A stretch of DNA of 64,000 nt from Methanomicrobia archaeon (lineage in GTDB: Archaea > Halobacteriota > Bog-38 > Methanoflorentales > Methanoflorentaceae): contig JACWML010000010.1 of the NCBI GenBank assembly GCA_015661395.1, positions 2,499 to 66,498 of the forward strand, given 5' to 3'. How positions within the stretch are numbered: the stretch's first letter is position 1; every line of letters begins with the position of its first letter. Below the pieces are notes generated by a model. The model was given only the letters and a program-made list of their open reading frames with translations. It was not told the origin of the DNA and made no database searches. This document shows positions 21,815 to 32,146 of the stretch, in pieces. Both the position numbers and the translations under genes were made by a program.

Positions 21815-22522
21815 TTATGTCGGCTTGATCAAAGCGTACGCGACGTTGAGCAGCTGCATAATGAATACGACCGGTAGTTTGACCACGCCTTGCCATGTGG
21901 TAGGGGGTGGCGGCGTGCTGGCAATACGAGTGATTTTTTCATCAGCGCGCTTCGCTGCACGGGTTACCACAAGACTTACGATGACACCGAGGATGGCCCC
22001 TCCGATGACGTCGGTTACGTAGTGGAGGCCGAGGTAGACTCTGCTGAAGGCGACAAGTACGGCCCACACGAACAACGCGACACTGAACTTTCGGTGATAG
22101 GACGAGAGCGTAGTGGCGAAGGCAAAGGCGTTTGTGGTGTGACCACTTGGAAACGAGGGCTGGGCCTCTGGTGGTACGCCCAAATCGCTCGGCCGTGGGC
22201 GCGCAATGGCGTACTTCAGTCCGAACGCGAAAATATTCGCTGTTATGAAGACGAGCGCGAATACGAGCGCTTCTTTGCGGGCACCGGCGAGATAGAGCGC
22301 GATCGTGATGAGCACCATGAAGGTGATGCTGCCCGTGAACGTGACCCACCAAAATAGCGTATTGAGAAAGCCGCCGTCATTGAGTCCTCGGATGAAATGC
22401 GTGGCATTGTAGTCGAATCCGCCGAGATAGGCAGACGCTATCGGTGCATGGATAGGCGCCAAAAGAAGAAGCATCGTTGCAAAATGCATAGCGTCCGCTT
22501 TATAGTTTACGTAGGGCTCCAC
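21815..22522 (-). CDS. PAP2-family membrane phosphatase
   Basis: KYAIARPRP, SFPSGH, SRVYLGLHY. Confidence 0.92.
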   Translation of the reverse strand: MEPYVNYKADAMHFATMLLLLAPIHAPIASAYLGGFDYNATHFIRGLNDGGFLNTLFWWVTFTGSITFMVLITIALYLAGARKEALVFALVFITANIFAFGLKYAIARPRPSDLGVPPEAQPSFPSGHTTNAFAFATTLSSYHRKFSVALFVWAVLVAFSRVYLGLHYVTDVIGGAILGVIVSLVVTRAAKRADEKITRIASTPPPPTTWQGVVKLPVVFIMQLLNVAYALIKPT

Positions 22523-22554
22523 GCGAGATCGTAGCGTGTGTCTTTTATTGACAG

Positions 22555-22710
22555 ATGAGAGTCGGCGCGGCCAAAAAGCAGCTCCTCACGCGGAAGCTGG
22601 ACGAGCGGATTATGAAGACGGAATCCAAGATCGAGTACGTGCAGCACAAGGTCAAGACCTCGGAGATGACGAAGATGTGGATGGAGAAGATGTCAGCGCC
22701 AACGGCGTAA
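22555..22710 (+). CDS. Small K/M/E-rich helical protein or gene remnant (51 aa)
   Basis: Hand translation MRVGAAKKQLLTRKLDERIMKTESKIEYVQHKVKTSEMTKMWMEKMSAPTA; amphipathic pattern. Confidence 0.35.
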   Translation: MRVGAAKKQLLTRKLDERIMKTESKIEYVQHKVKTSEMTKMWMEKMSAPTA

Positions 22711-22807
22711 CTGTCATTTAGCTTGTATACGATCTTCGGCCGTCAGCACAGCAGATGACGAAATGTAACCCGAGGGAGGATTTTTTCCTCCCTAAAGGTC
22801 AAGGTAT

Positions 22808-23545
22808 TTAGAGTCGTTTTGCAATCTCAGGCCAGTCTTTGCCTTTCGTGAGGAAGCTCCCTTCGACGTTTGCCTCCATCTCGACGAACCGCTTGAAGGG
22901 CACGCTAAAGGACAGTACGTTTTTATCGAGGTACTTGCGTGCGGTAATGTCGGTGAGGCCGATGACGGCCTTTGGCCTTTCCGCGCGCGCCTGATCGAGC
23001 ACTTGCATCACCAGGCTTTGGCATCCAGAACCGAACAACGTCGAGACGTTATCGTTGGTCGCTCGGTCGAAGTTCGCCAGGGTCGCGAGCGCTGACAGCT
23101 GGTCGGCGTTCGCAACGAAGACGACGATTGCAGTCTCGGCAATTTCGCCGTCGGTGACCTCGCTGAGCGGTTTCATCACCACGTAGCGCGTCGGCAGGGT
23201 GATCTCGGGGAGGTTCGCAATGAACTCGCGCACGAGCTCAGGGGTTTTCTTCCGGTATTCGCCCTCAAACTGCCCCTCCTTTCCGGTTGACAGGAAGTAG
23301 TCGATGTAGCCCAGCTGATAGGGGCCGAAGCAGAGCCCCACCTGCCCGCCCGGGCAGAGGACAGTCTCTTTTTCGAGCACTGCTGTGCGCCCGTTCATAG
23401 CGGCGACGAACAACGGAATGATGCAGCGGTTCTTTTGTCCGCCGTCTTCCGTGAACTCCAACGCGTTTTCGGGCTTGTGATCGGTCAGCAGAATGGCGAC
23501 GGGCCCGCCGTGCAGCCTGATGGCTTCAGCGATTTTACTGTGCAT
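22808..23545 (-). CDS. DUF169-family protein
   Basis: PVAILL...C...CPGGQVGL...VVFVANADQLSAL...GSGC pattern. Confidence 0.8.
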   Translation of the reverse strand: MHSKIAEAIRLHGGPVAILLTDHKPENALEFTEDGGQKNRCIIPLFVAAMNGRTAVLEKETVLCPGGQVGLCFGPYQLGYIDYFLSTGKEGQFEGEYRKKTPELVREFIANLPEITLPTRYVVMKPLSEVTDGEIAETAIVVFVANADQLSALATLANFDRATNDNVSTLFGSGCQSLVMQVLDQARAERPKAVIGLTDITARKYLDKNVLSFSVPFKRFVEMEANVEGSFLTKGKDWPEIAKRL

Positions 23546-23688
23546 ATGTGCTCATTCCTAAATTTAGTTGCTTTTCAGCGTATATACTTTTCACGCGAAT
23601 TTGTTGATATGTGTAGCCTACGCCGCAAATGAGCTATGTCGACGACGTATCGAGTTTCCCATCCGTTGCGCAGCAATCGTGCGCCCCC

Positions 23689-24276
23689 TCACTCCTTCGA
23701 GATGGACGAGAGCCAGGCGTGGATGCCATCGGTCAGTCGTCGGCTTTCCATCCGTGCGGGTCTAATGTAATTGATGTGCCACATGCGATCGAACGCGTTC
23801 CTGATGTCACTTTGCGTAACCCGCCGCGGACCGTATGAGCCAGGTTCCAATTCGCTGAAACAAAGCATGAAATAGGTCCCGTAGCGGTGAAGAACGCTTG
23901 TAAGATTAGTGACAAACCGGGGACGTTCTTCGTCGTTCAACACGTGAAACAATCCTGAGTCGATGACGGTATCGAATGTCCTCTCTAGGGTGCGCAGTTC
24001 CAGTGCGTTCCGCGTGAGAAACGTCACGTTGAGATTGCGTTCCGTCGCTTTATACCGCGCTTTCTCGACCGCGATAGGAGTGAAATCAACGCCCCACACG
24101 TCATGCCCTTTTGCGGCAAGAAATAGCGCGTTTTCTCCAGTCCCGCATCCGACGTCAAGGACGGATCCAACGATTTCACCAGCCTCCTCGAGCTGCACGA
24201 ACTCCTTCTGCGGACGGCCGATGTCCCACGGCGGTGCATCGTAGTAGATGGAGCTAAAGTCGACCATGCACACCAC
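23689..24276 (-). CDS. Class I SAM-dependent methyltransferase
   Basis: PPWDIGRPQ, VLDVGCGTG, FDTVIDSGLFH. Confidence 0.92.
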   Translation of the reverse strand: MVCMVDFSSIYYDAPPWDIGRPQKEFVQLEEAGEIVGSVLDVGCGTGENALFLAAKGHDVWGVDFTPIAVEKARYKATERNLNVTFLTRNALELRTLERTFDTVIDSGLFHVLNDEERPRFVTNLTSVLHRYGTYFMLCFSELEPGSYGPRRVTQSDIRNAFDRMWHINYIRPARMESRRLTDGIHAWLSSISKE

Positions 24277-24370
24277 GGTCTATAGCAGAGACACTATAAA
24301 GGTACGCTTGCCGCACATCTGAAACGTTAATACTAGGCGAGAACATACCGCACACAATTGAGGTATTATA

Positions 24371-25036
24371 ATGAAGATTGTTGGAATAAGCAGCAGTCCC
24401 CGCAGGAAGAACAGCCGAACCATGAAACTCGTCGAGGCTGTTCTTGACGGTGCACAAACGCAGGGAGCAGAGATCGAACTCGTCGATATCTGCGCGTTAG
24501 ACATCAACTATTGTATTGGATGCCAGGTGTGTTTCGCAAAAGGCGAGTGTGTTCAAGCGGATGATCTCGACGAATTGGTGGGCAAGATGCTCAGCGCCGA
24601 CGGCATCGTGCTCGGGTCGCCTGTGTACATCAACAGCGTGACCGCGCAACTTAAGACGGTGATCGATCGCATGGCCGATGCCATTCATTGTCAGCTGTTT
24701 TCGGGTAAATATGGCTGTGCCGTGACCACATCCGGAGGTTCCGGTACTGCAGACGTGCTGGGCTACATGAACTATTTCCTGAATGAACTAGGCGTCGTGA
24801 CGGTAGGGGAGGTCGGCGTTGCCCTTGGCAGGAATCCCGCTGCGCTTGATGCTGCCATTAACGAGGCTTCCAAGCTCGGAACGACGCTGGCAGAATCGAT
24901 CCAAACAAAGCGTGCCTATCCGGCGCAGGAGAAGGAGATCGCAGAGAGAAGAGCGTTTTTCGTGCGGCTAATCGAGGCAAACAGGGAGGAGTGGGCGCAC
25001 CAGTATGAGTATTGGATGGAGAAGGGTTGGATGTGA
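24371..25036 (+). CDS. Flavodoxin-family / iron-sulfur flavoprotein
   Basis: SSPR...T, CIGCQVC...C cluster motif, GSPVY. Confidence 0.92.
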   Translation: MKIVGISSSPRRKNSRTMKLVEAVLDGAQTQGAEIELVDICALDINYCIGCQVCFAKGECVQADDLDELVGKMLSADGIVLGSPVYINSVTAQLKTVIDRMADAIHCQLFSGKYGCAVTTSGGSGTADVLGYMNYFLNELGVVTVGEVGVALGRNPAALDAAINEASKLGTTLAESIQTKRAYPAQEKEIAERRAFFVRLIEANREEWAHQYEYWMEKGWM

Positions 25037-25155
25037 AATGCCACGTACGACCAGGAGCGCGTTGAGGGGCCGATGCTTGTGCTTCATGACCTTCATTTCC
25101 AGAAAAAGTTTAAGCCGATCAAGGAGAAAGGGGGTATTCCAAATAAGTGATAGCC

Positions 25156-25347
25156 ATGACGAAAAAAGCGGAATTATACTCGAGGAGAAGAGAGATGTAC
25201 CGCTTGTACATCGCTAAGTTGAACATGTCAGACATCCTCGAGAAGCTTTCTGCCAAGTATCGCGTATCCAAACGGGCGCTGTGCATGGATTGGCGGAAGC
25301 GGACCCAGTGGGTATACGACGTCTTTGACCTCGAGCGCGCGTCGTGA
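25156..25347 (+). CDS. Small basic HTH-like protein (copy 1)
   Basis: 63 aa, closely similar to the N-half of 26348; helix-turn-helix pattern DILEKLSAKYRVSKRALCMDW. Confidence 0.6.
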   Translation: MTKKAELYSRRREMYRLYIAKLNMSDILEKLSAKYRVSKRALCMDWRKRTQWVYDVFDLERAS

Positions 25348-25660
25348 CCCGTCAAATGCTGCCGTTGCGCGACAGTGTGCGGCTGCTATTATAGTCTCCT
25401 AACTAGTGTTGTCGGAGCTGCGGGTTCACGCGACGCAATCGCGGGACGCTCAACGTTTTTCTAAGGGTTAACGTGCATGTTTTTTTAGGCGCTAGCTTTT
25501 TTGCGTACGTCGAGCACGTGTATCCATTGACGTTGGCTGGCGTGCGAGGATCACCGACTGTGATACGCATTCGTGACTCTTGCTCAGCGAAGCGACGTGG
25601 ACTTTGAAAATTATCGACGTATGAAAAATTTTAGAGGTCAAATAAAAACAAACTGGGCAC

Positions 25661-25683
25661 GAAACCAGTTGGAAACTAGTTTC
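25661..25683. promoter_or_regulatory. Inverted repeat upstream of the secreted-protein gene
   Basis: GAAACCAGTT-GGA-AACTAGTTTC (9/10 match). Confidence 0.4.
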
Positions 25684-25836
25684 GCACGCATCAAAGATAA
25701 GCTAGGTCATTAATGTTGTTGCAGGGCTATGGAAGCACCATCATTTACGATACAGGATTGGGGTGCATCCGGGAGCCCTCTGCCGAGGCCATCCACGTGG
25801 CTTCCAGTGCAGATGGGGGAATGGAGGTGAGACTAC

Positions 25837-26226
25837 ACGAAGAAACGCACGATAGCAGTCACCGTTCTCGTTGTGCTGATAGCGTCCGTGGGGTTCGCGG
25901 GAGCGGTCTATGCGCAGACGACGAATGCTACAACCAACACCACTTCAACGGCTTCAAGCAGCACGAGCAGCACAAGTGGGCCCCTCGGGCCGCTCCTCGG
26001 ACCGTTGCTCGGCACGCCAAATCAGAACACGAATCTCAACACCGTCTGCCACAACAGAGCAGTGAGGCACGAGCTGATGACGTGGTACAAGCAACTTCCC
26101 ACCGACCAGAAGAACGCCCTGCAGAACGACCTCAAACAGGCGGTGACCAACTGGTATAATCAGTTGCCATCCGATCAGCAGGCCAAGCTGCAGAGCATAG
26201 TGAACCAGACAAGCCAAGCGCAGTAG
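25837..26226 (+). CDS. Secreted protein with T/S linker and WYxQLP repeat; apparent start codon is ACG
   Basis: GGAGGTGA followed 6 nt later by ACG AAG AAA CGC, giving a canonical signal peptide (M)KKRTIAVTVLVVLIASVGFAGAVYA; repeats TWYKQLPTDQ / NWYNQLPSDQ. Confidence 0.65.
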   Translation, partial: TKKRTIAVTVLVVLIASVGFAGAVYAQTTNATTNTTSTASSSTSSTSGPLGPLLGPLLGTPNQNTNLNTVCHNRAVRHELMTWYKQLPTDQKNALQNDLKQAVTNWYNQLPSDQQAKLQSIVNQTSQAQ

Positions 26227-26347
26227 AGAAAAAATGAGGTGAGGGGCGTCAGTGCCATACTTCCCCCCTTGAGCTCTAAAGGATCCCCTCGCCTCTTCTC
26301 ACTTTATTCCCCCTTTTTTTTAAATTGCAACGGCACGAGGTAATGAA

Positions 26348-26571
26348 ATGCCGCAAAGGGAGGCCGCGACGAAAAAAATGGAACTCTACTCGAGGAGACG
26401 GGAGATGTATCGTCTCCAGATCGCTGAACTGCACATATCGGAGATTATCGACAGGCTCTCGGTGAAATACCGCGTATCGAAGCGGGACCTGTGGGAGGAT
26501 TGGCAGAAGCGGGCCAGTGGGTGTACAACGTCTTTGACCTCGAGCCGGCTCAGGTGCCGCGGTCGACGTGA
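26348..26571 (+). pseudogene. Small HTH-like protein (copy 2) with a frameshift near 26512
   Basis: After WQKR the homologous tail QWVYNVFDLE continues in another frame. Confidence 0.6.
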
Positions 26572-26634
26572 TGCGACTGTCGCGCGACGTTGAAAACTTC
26601 TCTGTGTTAACCGGCTGCTATTGGAGGTTTGAAA

Positions 26635-26784
26635 ATGCCTGACGATTGGGAATTAAGGTATGCGATAGTGATGGAAGAAACATTTGAGAACCTTGCTGCC
26701 TTCACGTCCTCCCTTGCCTACGCAGAAATGGATTCAGCGCGTATAAATGACTTGCCTACGCAAGATAACACGCGGCAAGAATGA
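26635..26784 (+). CDS. Small acidic hypothetical protein (49 aa)
   Basis: GGAGGT upstream of ATG; hand translation begins MPDDWELRYAIVMEETFENL. Confidence 0.3.
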   Translation: MPDDWELRYAIVMEETFENLAAFTSSLAYAEMDSARINDLPTQDNTRQE

Positions 26785-26998
26785 AATAAAAATTTGCAGG
26801 ACGTGATCATATAACTTCCGATTGGCCGAAGTGTCGAGTCGCAGTCTCACCGAATCGAAACCTAGGAGTAATTGATGCGCAATTCGGGAAAGAATAAGCA
26901 AGTGCCTCGTCTTTGCTTCGCTCAAGGAGCTTGCAACTGGCAAAGATTATTATCCGATGCAAGAGATTGCTACGTGATTGTTGGTAGGACTTGATGTT

Positions 26999-27751
26999 AT
27001 GAAATGGCTTCGCGCAATACCTATTTTATGCGTTCTGCTACTGTTGTCGGTTGCGACCGCAGGATGCACAGCTAGTCTAAACCCGCCCTATATTCAATTT
27101 AACTCCTCCCAATCCTCGACAGGAACCCCGGCAGGAATCAACGCGCAGGGGACCACTAACGGAACCGCGCATATGCTTGCCGTGGAGCAAACGAGCGACA
27201 ACAGCTACTCAGGGGCCGTGTCTAACGTTGTCGTATATACGCAAGCTGGGACGGGCCACGTCTTTGTTGAGACCCAGCCGGCGACGGGCGTCGATTTTCA
27301 AGAGACCGCGAGAACTGTAGTAACCGTTGCAGCTGAGCGCGCTACCGTCAACGCAAATCAGCGAGATTTTGAATTCGTGGTAAGCGTGCCTAAGGGTGTT
27401 GACGAGGTAGATGGGCCAAGCGCTGGTCTTCCCATGACAATCGCAACATACGCGGCGATAATGAAGAAGCCGACCAATGAGTACGTCTATAGCACCGGAA
27501 CCGTTGACAGCAGCGGAGCGGTAGGCGATGTCGGTGGCGTTTTATATAAGGCAGAGGCAGCAGCACAAAATGGCGCTCGGGTCATCCTCGTCCCCTACGA
27601 TCAAACCGTCGTAAGCACTACTTCTCCGCTCGAAACAAACCCGACAACAGGGCTCGTAAACTTACAATCGCAGCTGAGTCACGACGGTTATAACGTGACG
27701 GTCGTCGGGGTAAAAACCGTCGACGATGCGTTACCCTACTACTTCAGTTGA
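26999..27751 (+). CDS. Lipoprotein S16/Lon-type serine protease domain (no AAA domain)
   Basis: Lipobox TAGC; Ser-Lys dyad DGPSAG ... VGGVLYKA. Confidence 0.88.
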   Translation: MKWLRAIPILCVLLLLSVATAGCTASLNPPYIQFNSSQSSTGTPAGINAQGTTNGTAHMLAVEQTSDNSYSGAVSNVVVYTQAGTGHVFVETQPATGVDFQETARTVVTVAAERATVNANQRDFEFVVSVPKGVDEVDGPSAGLPMTIATYAAIMKKPTNEYVYSTGTVDSSGAVGDVGGVLYKAEAAAQNGARVILVPYDQTVVSTTSPLETNPTTGLVNLQSQLSHDGYNVTVVGVKTVDDALPYYFS

Positions 27752-27790
27752 AATGGTTGGCGCGCGCTAAGCCATCGAGGTAAACAAGAA

Positions 27791-28234
27791 ATGGAAGCCG
27801 TACTCAAACGGCGTCTAGAATTACTTATCACTTTGCTCGTTGTAGGAGTCGTGGCGGGAGCTGCCCTCGTCGTCCTCGGAGCAGAGAACGCCATACCAGG
27901 GACCAGCAATGGTTACATCAGCGTCGTTAAACCGCCACAGACGTCGCAATCGGCAGATCAACAGGCCCAGCAGCAAGCGCAATATGAAGCGCGCGTGAAG
28001 AGCCTCCTTGCGATCGCAGTGAAGGACGTGCGCGTGAACGCGTCCGTCGCCGGAAAGAACTATACCGTCGTGGGCATTCTCAGCTCGCCTCCCTCTTCGT
28101 CCGGTGCGCCTAGCATCGATTCTCTGGTGCTGCGAGTCGGGGGCAAGTTTTACAAGATCAACATCGATATAGCGCATGAGAATGTAATCTCTGTGGAGGA
28201 GCGCATCTGCTACGGTCCGGCGTGCAATGACTAG
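27791..28234 (+). CDS. Membrane-anchored hypothetical protein
   Basis: N-terminal TM helix, Q-rich linker; GAGGT upstream. Confidence 0.7.
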   Translation: MEAVLKRRLELLITLLVVGVVAGAALVVLGAENAIPGTSNGYISVVKPPQTSQSADQQAQQQAQYEARVKSLLAIAVKDVRVNASVAGKNYTVVGILSSPPSSSGAPSIDSLVLRVGGKFYKINIDIAHENVISVEERICYGPACND

Positions 28235-28263
28235 CCTTAGGCCGCACGACGCGAGGCACAGTT

Positions 28264-28774
28264 ATGGTGGGGGGGGGAATTCGAGGAAAGACACTCTTTG
28301 CGGCAGCTGTTTTTATTGCCTCGGTGCTCGTGCTCGCGCTCAAGTTGCTCAATCCTACGCCGGTGCAAATCCTCGTTGAGGGCAATACTGCCATTACGAC
28401 TCAGGTCCCCGGGCTATTCACCTACGCCGATGTGCTCGTAATCGCTGTTGCGCTCGTTCTTATGAGCGTGAGCGGCACGTACATCTTGCTGCACGACTCA
28501 ACCACCCCTGCGGCTGCTGCGCCTGCGTCCGCCGGGGGACGTAATCCTCGAAGAACGTCGGCAGCGGTGGGAAGAGGTTGCCAGAACGCTTAAAGACGAT
28601 GAGCAGACCCTCTTCAAAGCAATTATCGACGAGGGAATCGTTCACCAGAGCGAACTGGTCGAAAAGACCGGCCTTCCGAAATCCAACGTCAGCAGAGCGC
28701 TCTACGGGCTGGAGAGCAGGGGCCTCATCGAGCGTAGGCGGCGCGGGATGGGAAATGTGGTGTTGCTTAAGTAA
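28264..28774 (+). pseudogene. Two-TM membrane protein with C-terminal winged-HTH, frameshifted at the G5 run 28534-28538
   Basis: Alternate frame after the run reads VILEERRQRW...QSELVEKTGLPKSNVSRALYGLESRGLIERRRRGMGNVVLLK*. Confidence 0.8.
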
Positions 28775-28998
28775 CAGCTCGTCAGTTACCATTCACGGCC
28801 GGTAGCTGCCCCTCGGGTGCGTGGTTTCCCGCACCAGCTCGTGTGGTGCACGGATAAAAACGTTGTCTATAGTTCTTTTTCTTCAAAACCTCACAAGTGG
28901 CAGGCAGCTCGACCGCTTGACGTGCAATCGTAGCTCGGTTTTGAGCGCAAAGGAGTGTACCTTCCAGTATGTCCCATCATCATCCGCGCCGCTTCGCC

Positions 28999-29473
28999 CT
29001 AGGGTGACCTATCTTTAGTATTCAAGAATCGAGGGAAAAACATTGGGGCGGTGCTTTTGTATACCAGATAACGCTCGCCAAAAATCCGCTCTAAATCACT
29101 TTCTTCGCTTCTGGCGATCCAATAGAGAACGCAGACGCAGGTAAAGGCCCAGATGAGTGCGAGCACGCCCCGCGAGAGCATAGCGACTCCAACGATCATG
29201 AAGATGAATCCGAGGTATATGGGATTCCTTGTTTTGGCATAAACGCCGGAGGCTACGAGGCCCTTAATGTGATATGTGGAGGGAATCTCCTTGAACGCTA
29301 AGATGCGCATCGCTACCCCGACGAGCAGCAGCGCGCCACCAGTTGCTTCTAGAGCGAGCGATCGGAACGAGGAGATCATATCCGCTCAACACGATGCTTG
29401 CCCAGCCGAGTGCCAGCAGCGCGATTCCCACAACTAGTCGCCTGCTCCGCGGAGAGGGCGTTTTTCTCATCAT
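28999..29473 (-). pseudogene. ICMT/PEMT-family membrane methyltransferase with an apparent 5' frameshift (about 29350-29385)
   Basis: LVASGVYAKTRNPIYLG and EESDL..FG..Y..YK motifs; first TM helix lies in a different frame. Confidence 0.65.
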
Positions 29474-29565
29474 TCAGCCCAAGATTGGGCTATTTATGAG
29501 GGCTGCTTACGGGCTTTCAGATCCACGTGCGAGCTGGGACAGAGGCGCGGCCTACTGCATCACCA

Positions 29566-31010
29566 TCACAGGTGGAGCCCTTGAGCCACGCGTGCTCCGA
29601 GTTCGCTGTCTGCCTCGATAAAGTGATCCACCATGCGCTCCTGCATTGGTTTGTCGGCCTTCTCGAGTGAGTCGACAATGTTGTCGATCAGATGGTCTTG
29701 ATCGATCGTGCTGAGCGATCGGTACCTGTCGCCCGCTTGTGCGAAATCGTTCTTGAGGCTAATCTTTCGGCGAGTGACGTCCCCCTCGATCCGCTCCATG
29801 GACGTCGGGCCGGCAGGCGCTGCCTCCGGCGTGCCACCAGCGAGAGTGTTCGGTTCGTAGTTTACCGCTCCACGGAACGATCCTGATTGCATTGCGCCGT
29901 CGCGCTGGTCGTTCTCAACCGGTGCGTGCGGACTATTGATGGCGAGCTGTAGATAATTGGGCCCAAGGCGATGTCGCTGGGTGTCCGCGTACGAGAAGAC
30001 ACGGCCTTGCAGCAGCTTGTCAGCAGACGGTTCGATACCCGGAACGATGGCGCCGGGCGAGAACGCGGCCTGTTCTGTTTCTGCGAAGTAGTTCTCGGGG
30101 TTCCGATTCAGAACTATCTTGCCTACCGACATCAGCGGGAAGGTATCCTCGGGCCACGTCTTGGTTGCGTCAAGAGGGTCGAAGTCCTGTTTCAACTCGT
30201 CGACGATATCCATCAGCTGCACCTTGAGTTCGTACTCCGCCTCGCCTCCGTTTGCGATCGTATCCCAGAGGTCCCGAGTGAGGTAATCAGGGTCGGTCCC
30301 TGCCAAAGCTGTAGCTTTATGACGGTCAAGTGATTGGACGCCCAGCTTCGGCTTCCAGTGATACTTCACATAGCGCGCTTCCCCCGCTGCGTTGATCCAC
30401 TTGTAGGTGTTGACGCCAAATCCTTCCATCGTCCGGTAGCTCTTAGGCGTCCCGCGGTCCGAAAACAGCCAGGCGATCATGTGTGTCGACTCGGGCGTCA
30501 GGGAGATGAAATCCCAAAAGCGACTGTTTGCGGAGGAGCTCGTCGGGATGTTCGAGTCTGGCGCGGGCTTGAACGAGTGCACCATATCAGGAAACTTGAG
30601 GGCATCGCGGATGAAGAAAACAGGCAGGTTGTTTCCCACTAGGTCGTAATTTCCTTCTTCGGTGTAGAACTTGACTGCAAACCCTCGCGGGTCGTGCGCT
30701 GTGTCCGCAGATCCCCGAGCGCCGACGACCGTTGAAAAACGAACGAAGACGGGCGTCTGCGTTTCCGGATCCTGGAGGAACTTCGCACAGGTATACGGGG
30801 CCATGCTTTGGTAGACTTGGAAGTAGCCGTGGGCCCCGCCCCTTTCGCGTGTACGACGCGCTCCGGGATGCGCTCGCGGTCGAAGTGCGCGAGCTTTTCG
30901 ATCAGATGCACGTCTTGCAGCAAGACTGGTCCACGCTCACCGACGGTCAGTGAACTTTGGTTATCGGTGACGGGAACGCCTTGATTCGTGGTGAGGTGTT
31001 TGTCGCTCAT
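29566..31010 (-). pseudogene. katA: Monofunctional heme catalase split by a 1-nt deletion in a G run near 30835
   Basis: [15 protein letters not shown] in one frame; VRFSTV, FFIRDA and [11 protein letters not shown] in the other; adding one G restores HAKGAGAHGYF. Confidence 0.9.
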
Positions 31011-31210
31011 AAGAGCAAGTTCACGTCAGGAGTCAAAAAGCCTTCGCCAGAACGGTGTAGCGGTCAGCCCTTGGCGCCGGCTGGCCTGATTTTTCACGCT
31101 TCTCAATTGTCCGCGGAGGGGTCTTTATTGGCGCAAAAGCCTTGCTGAGCGTTCCGGTCGCGTTTCGTCTACGGCCGTGAGCGACCATTTTTTGCAGCAG
31201 AAGAGGTTTT

Positions 31211-31822
31211 TCACGTTATTCCCCCTGAGCAGGGAATGCATACCGTTTCGCCGTTCTCCAGTCGCACTCTGTGTTCTGAAACCGGCTCTCCGCATTTGTG
31301 ACACGTTACCGACCGAAATATCCGTGCCTTTCTGGGAACCTCGGCGATTTCGATATGCGTGACGTCAAACAAATCTTCCTCTGGCATCTTCATGAGCGTT
31401 TCGGCGATCCCGTCTGCACGCTTCCTGAATTCCTGCTCTTCTTGCCGCGAGGCAGATCCGGAATTCACCTTTGTCCGCAGCTGGCTCCACGCTGGATCCA
31501 CGTGCTCGAGATCCACTGAGCTCTTCAATGCGATTCGTACCGCGTCACCGGTGTCCCTGTTTATGAACGTATACACGTGCTTTCCGTAGTCTCTAAACAC
31601 AAGATTGCCTTTTCCGAATGTGCAATCAGTTACAACCTGTACGGCGTCGACGCTACAGCTGTCGTTTTCAACTATGGCTACCAATTCCTCGTCGACTGAC
31701 TTATCAGAGGAAAGCTCCCGCGTCGCTATCTTTGCAGCGCGGTATCCGATTGCTGTTCCAGGACAAACGTGCCCGTGGAACGTCGTGACGTCCGGAAAAG
31801 AGGTCTGCTTTGCGGTCCCCAT
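31211..31822 (-). CDS. FmdE-family protein (formylmethanofuran dehydrogenase subunit E-like)
   Basis: FHGHVCPG, SCSVDAVQVVTDCTFGKGNL, C-terminal zinc finger CHKC...CIPC. Confidence 0.92.
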   Translation of the reverse strand: MGTAKQTSFPDVTTFHGHVCPGTAIGYRAAKIATRELSSDKSVDEELVAIVENDSCSVDAVQVVTDCTFGKGNLVFRDYGKHVYTFINRDTGDAVRIALKSSVDLEHVDPAWSQLRTKVNSGSASRQEEQEFRKRADGIAETLMKMPEEDLFDVTHIEIAEVPRKARIFRSVTCHKCGEPVSEHRVRLENGETVCIPCSGGIT

Positions 31823-32146
31823 CTTGATCACCTGTGCGTCGTAAAACCCACGATTGACATCATCGTATCTGCTCTCAATATTCATAAATTCCTGTTAAGG
31901 CTTTTGTTTCGAAATGCTTCCAACGCTGTTGTCCGCTTCGCGCTAACCAATCTTCGTGAAGAAACGCTAGCCCGCTTGCGCGTCAGAGCCGATGAAAAGC
32001 TGGTTAGGACTAGCTTGCGCAGCGAGCATTGTCGGGCGGTAATGCTGGATATGACCTGCGCTAGGAGTTTACCGCCGAAGCGCAAAACAAAGGAAACAAT
32101 CTTATAGAATCGGAAGCGCACGAATTGAGAGAGAAAAGGTGGAACC

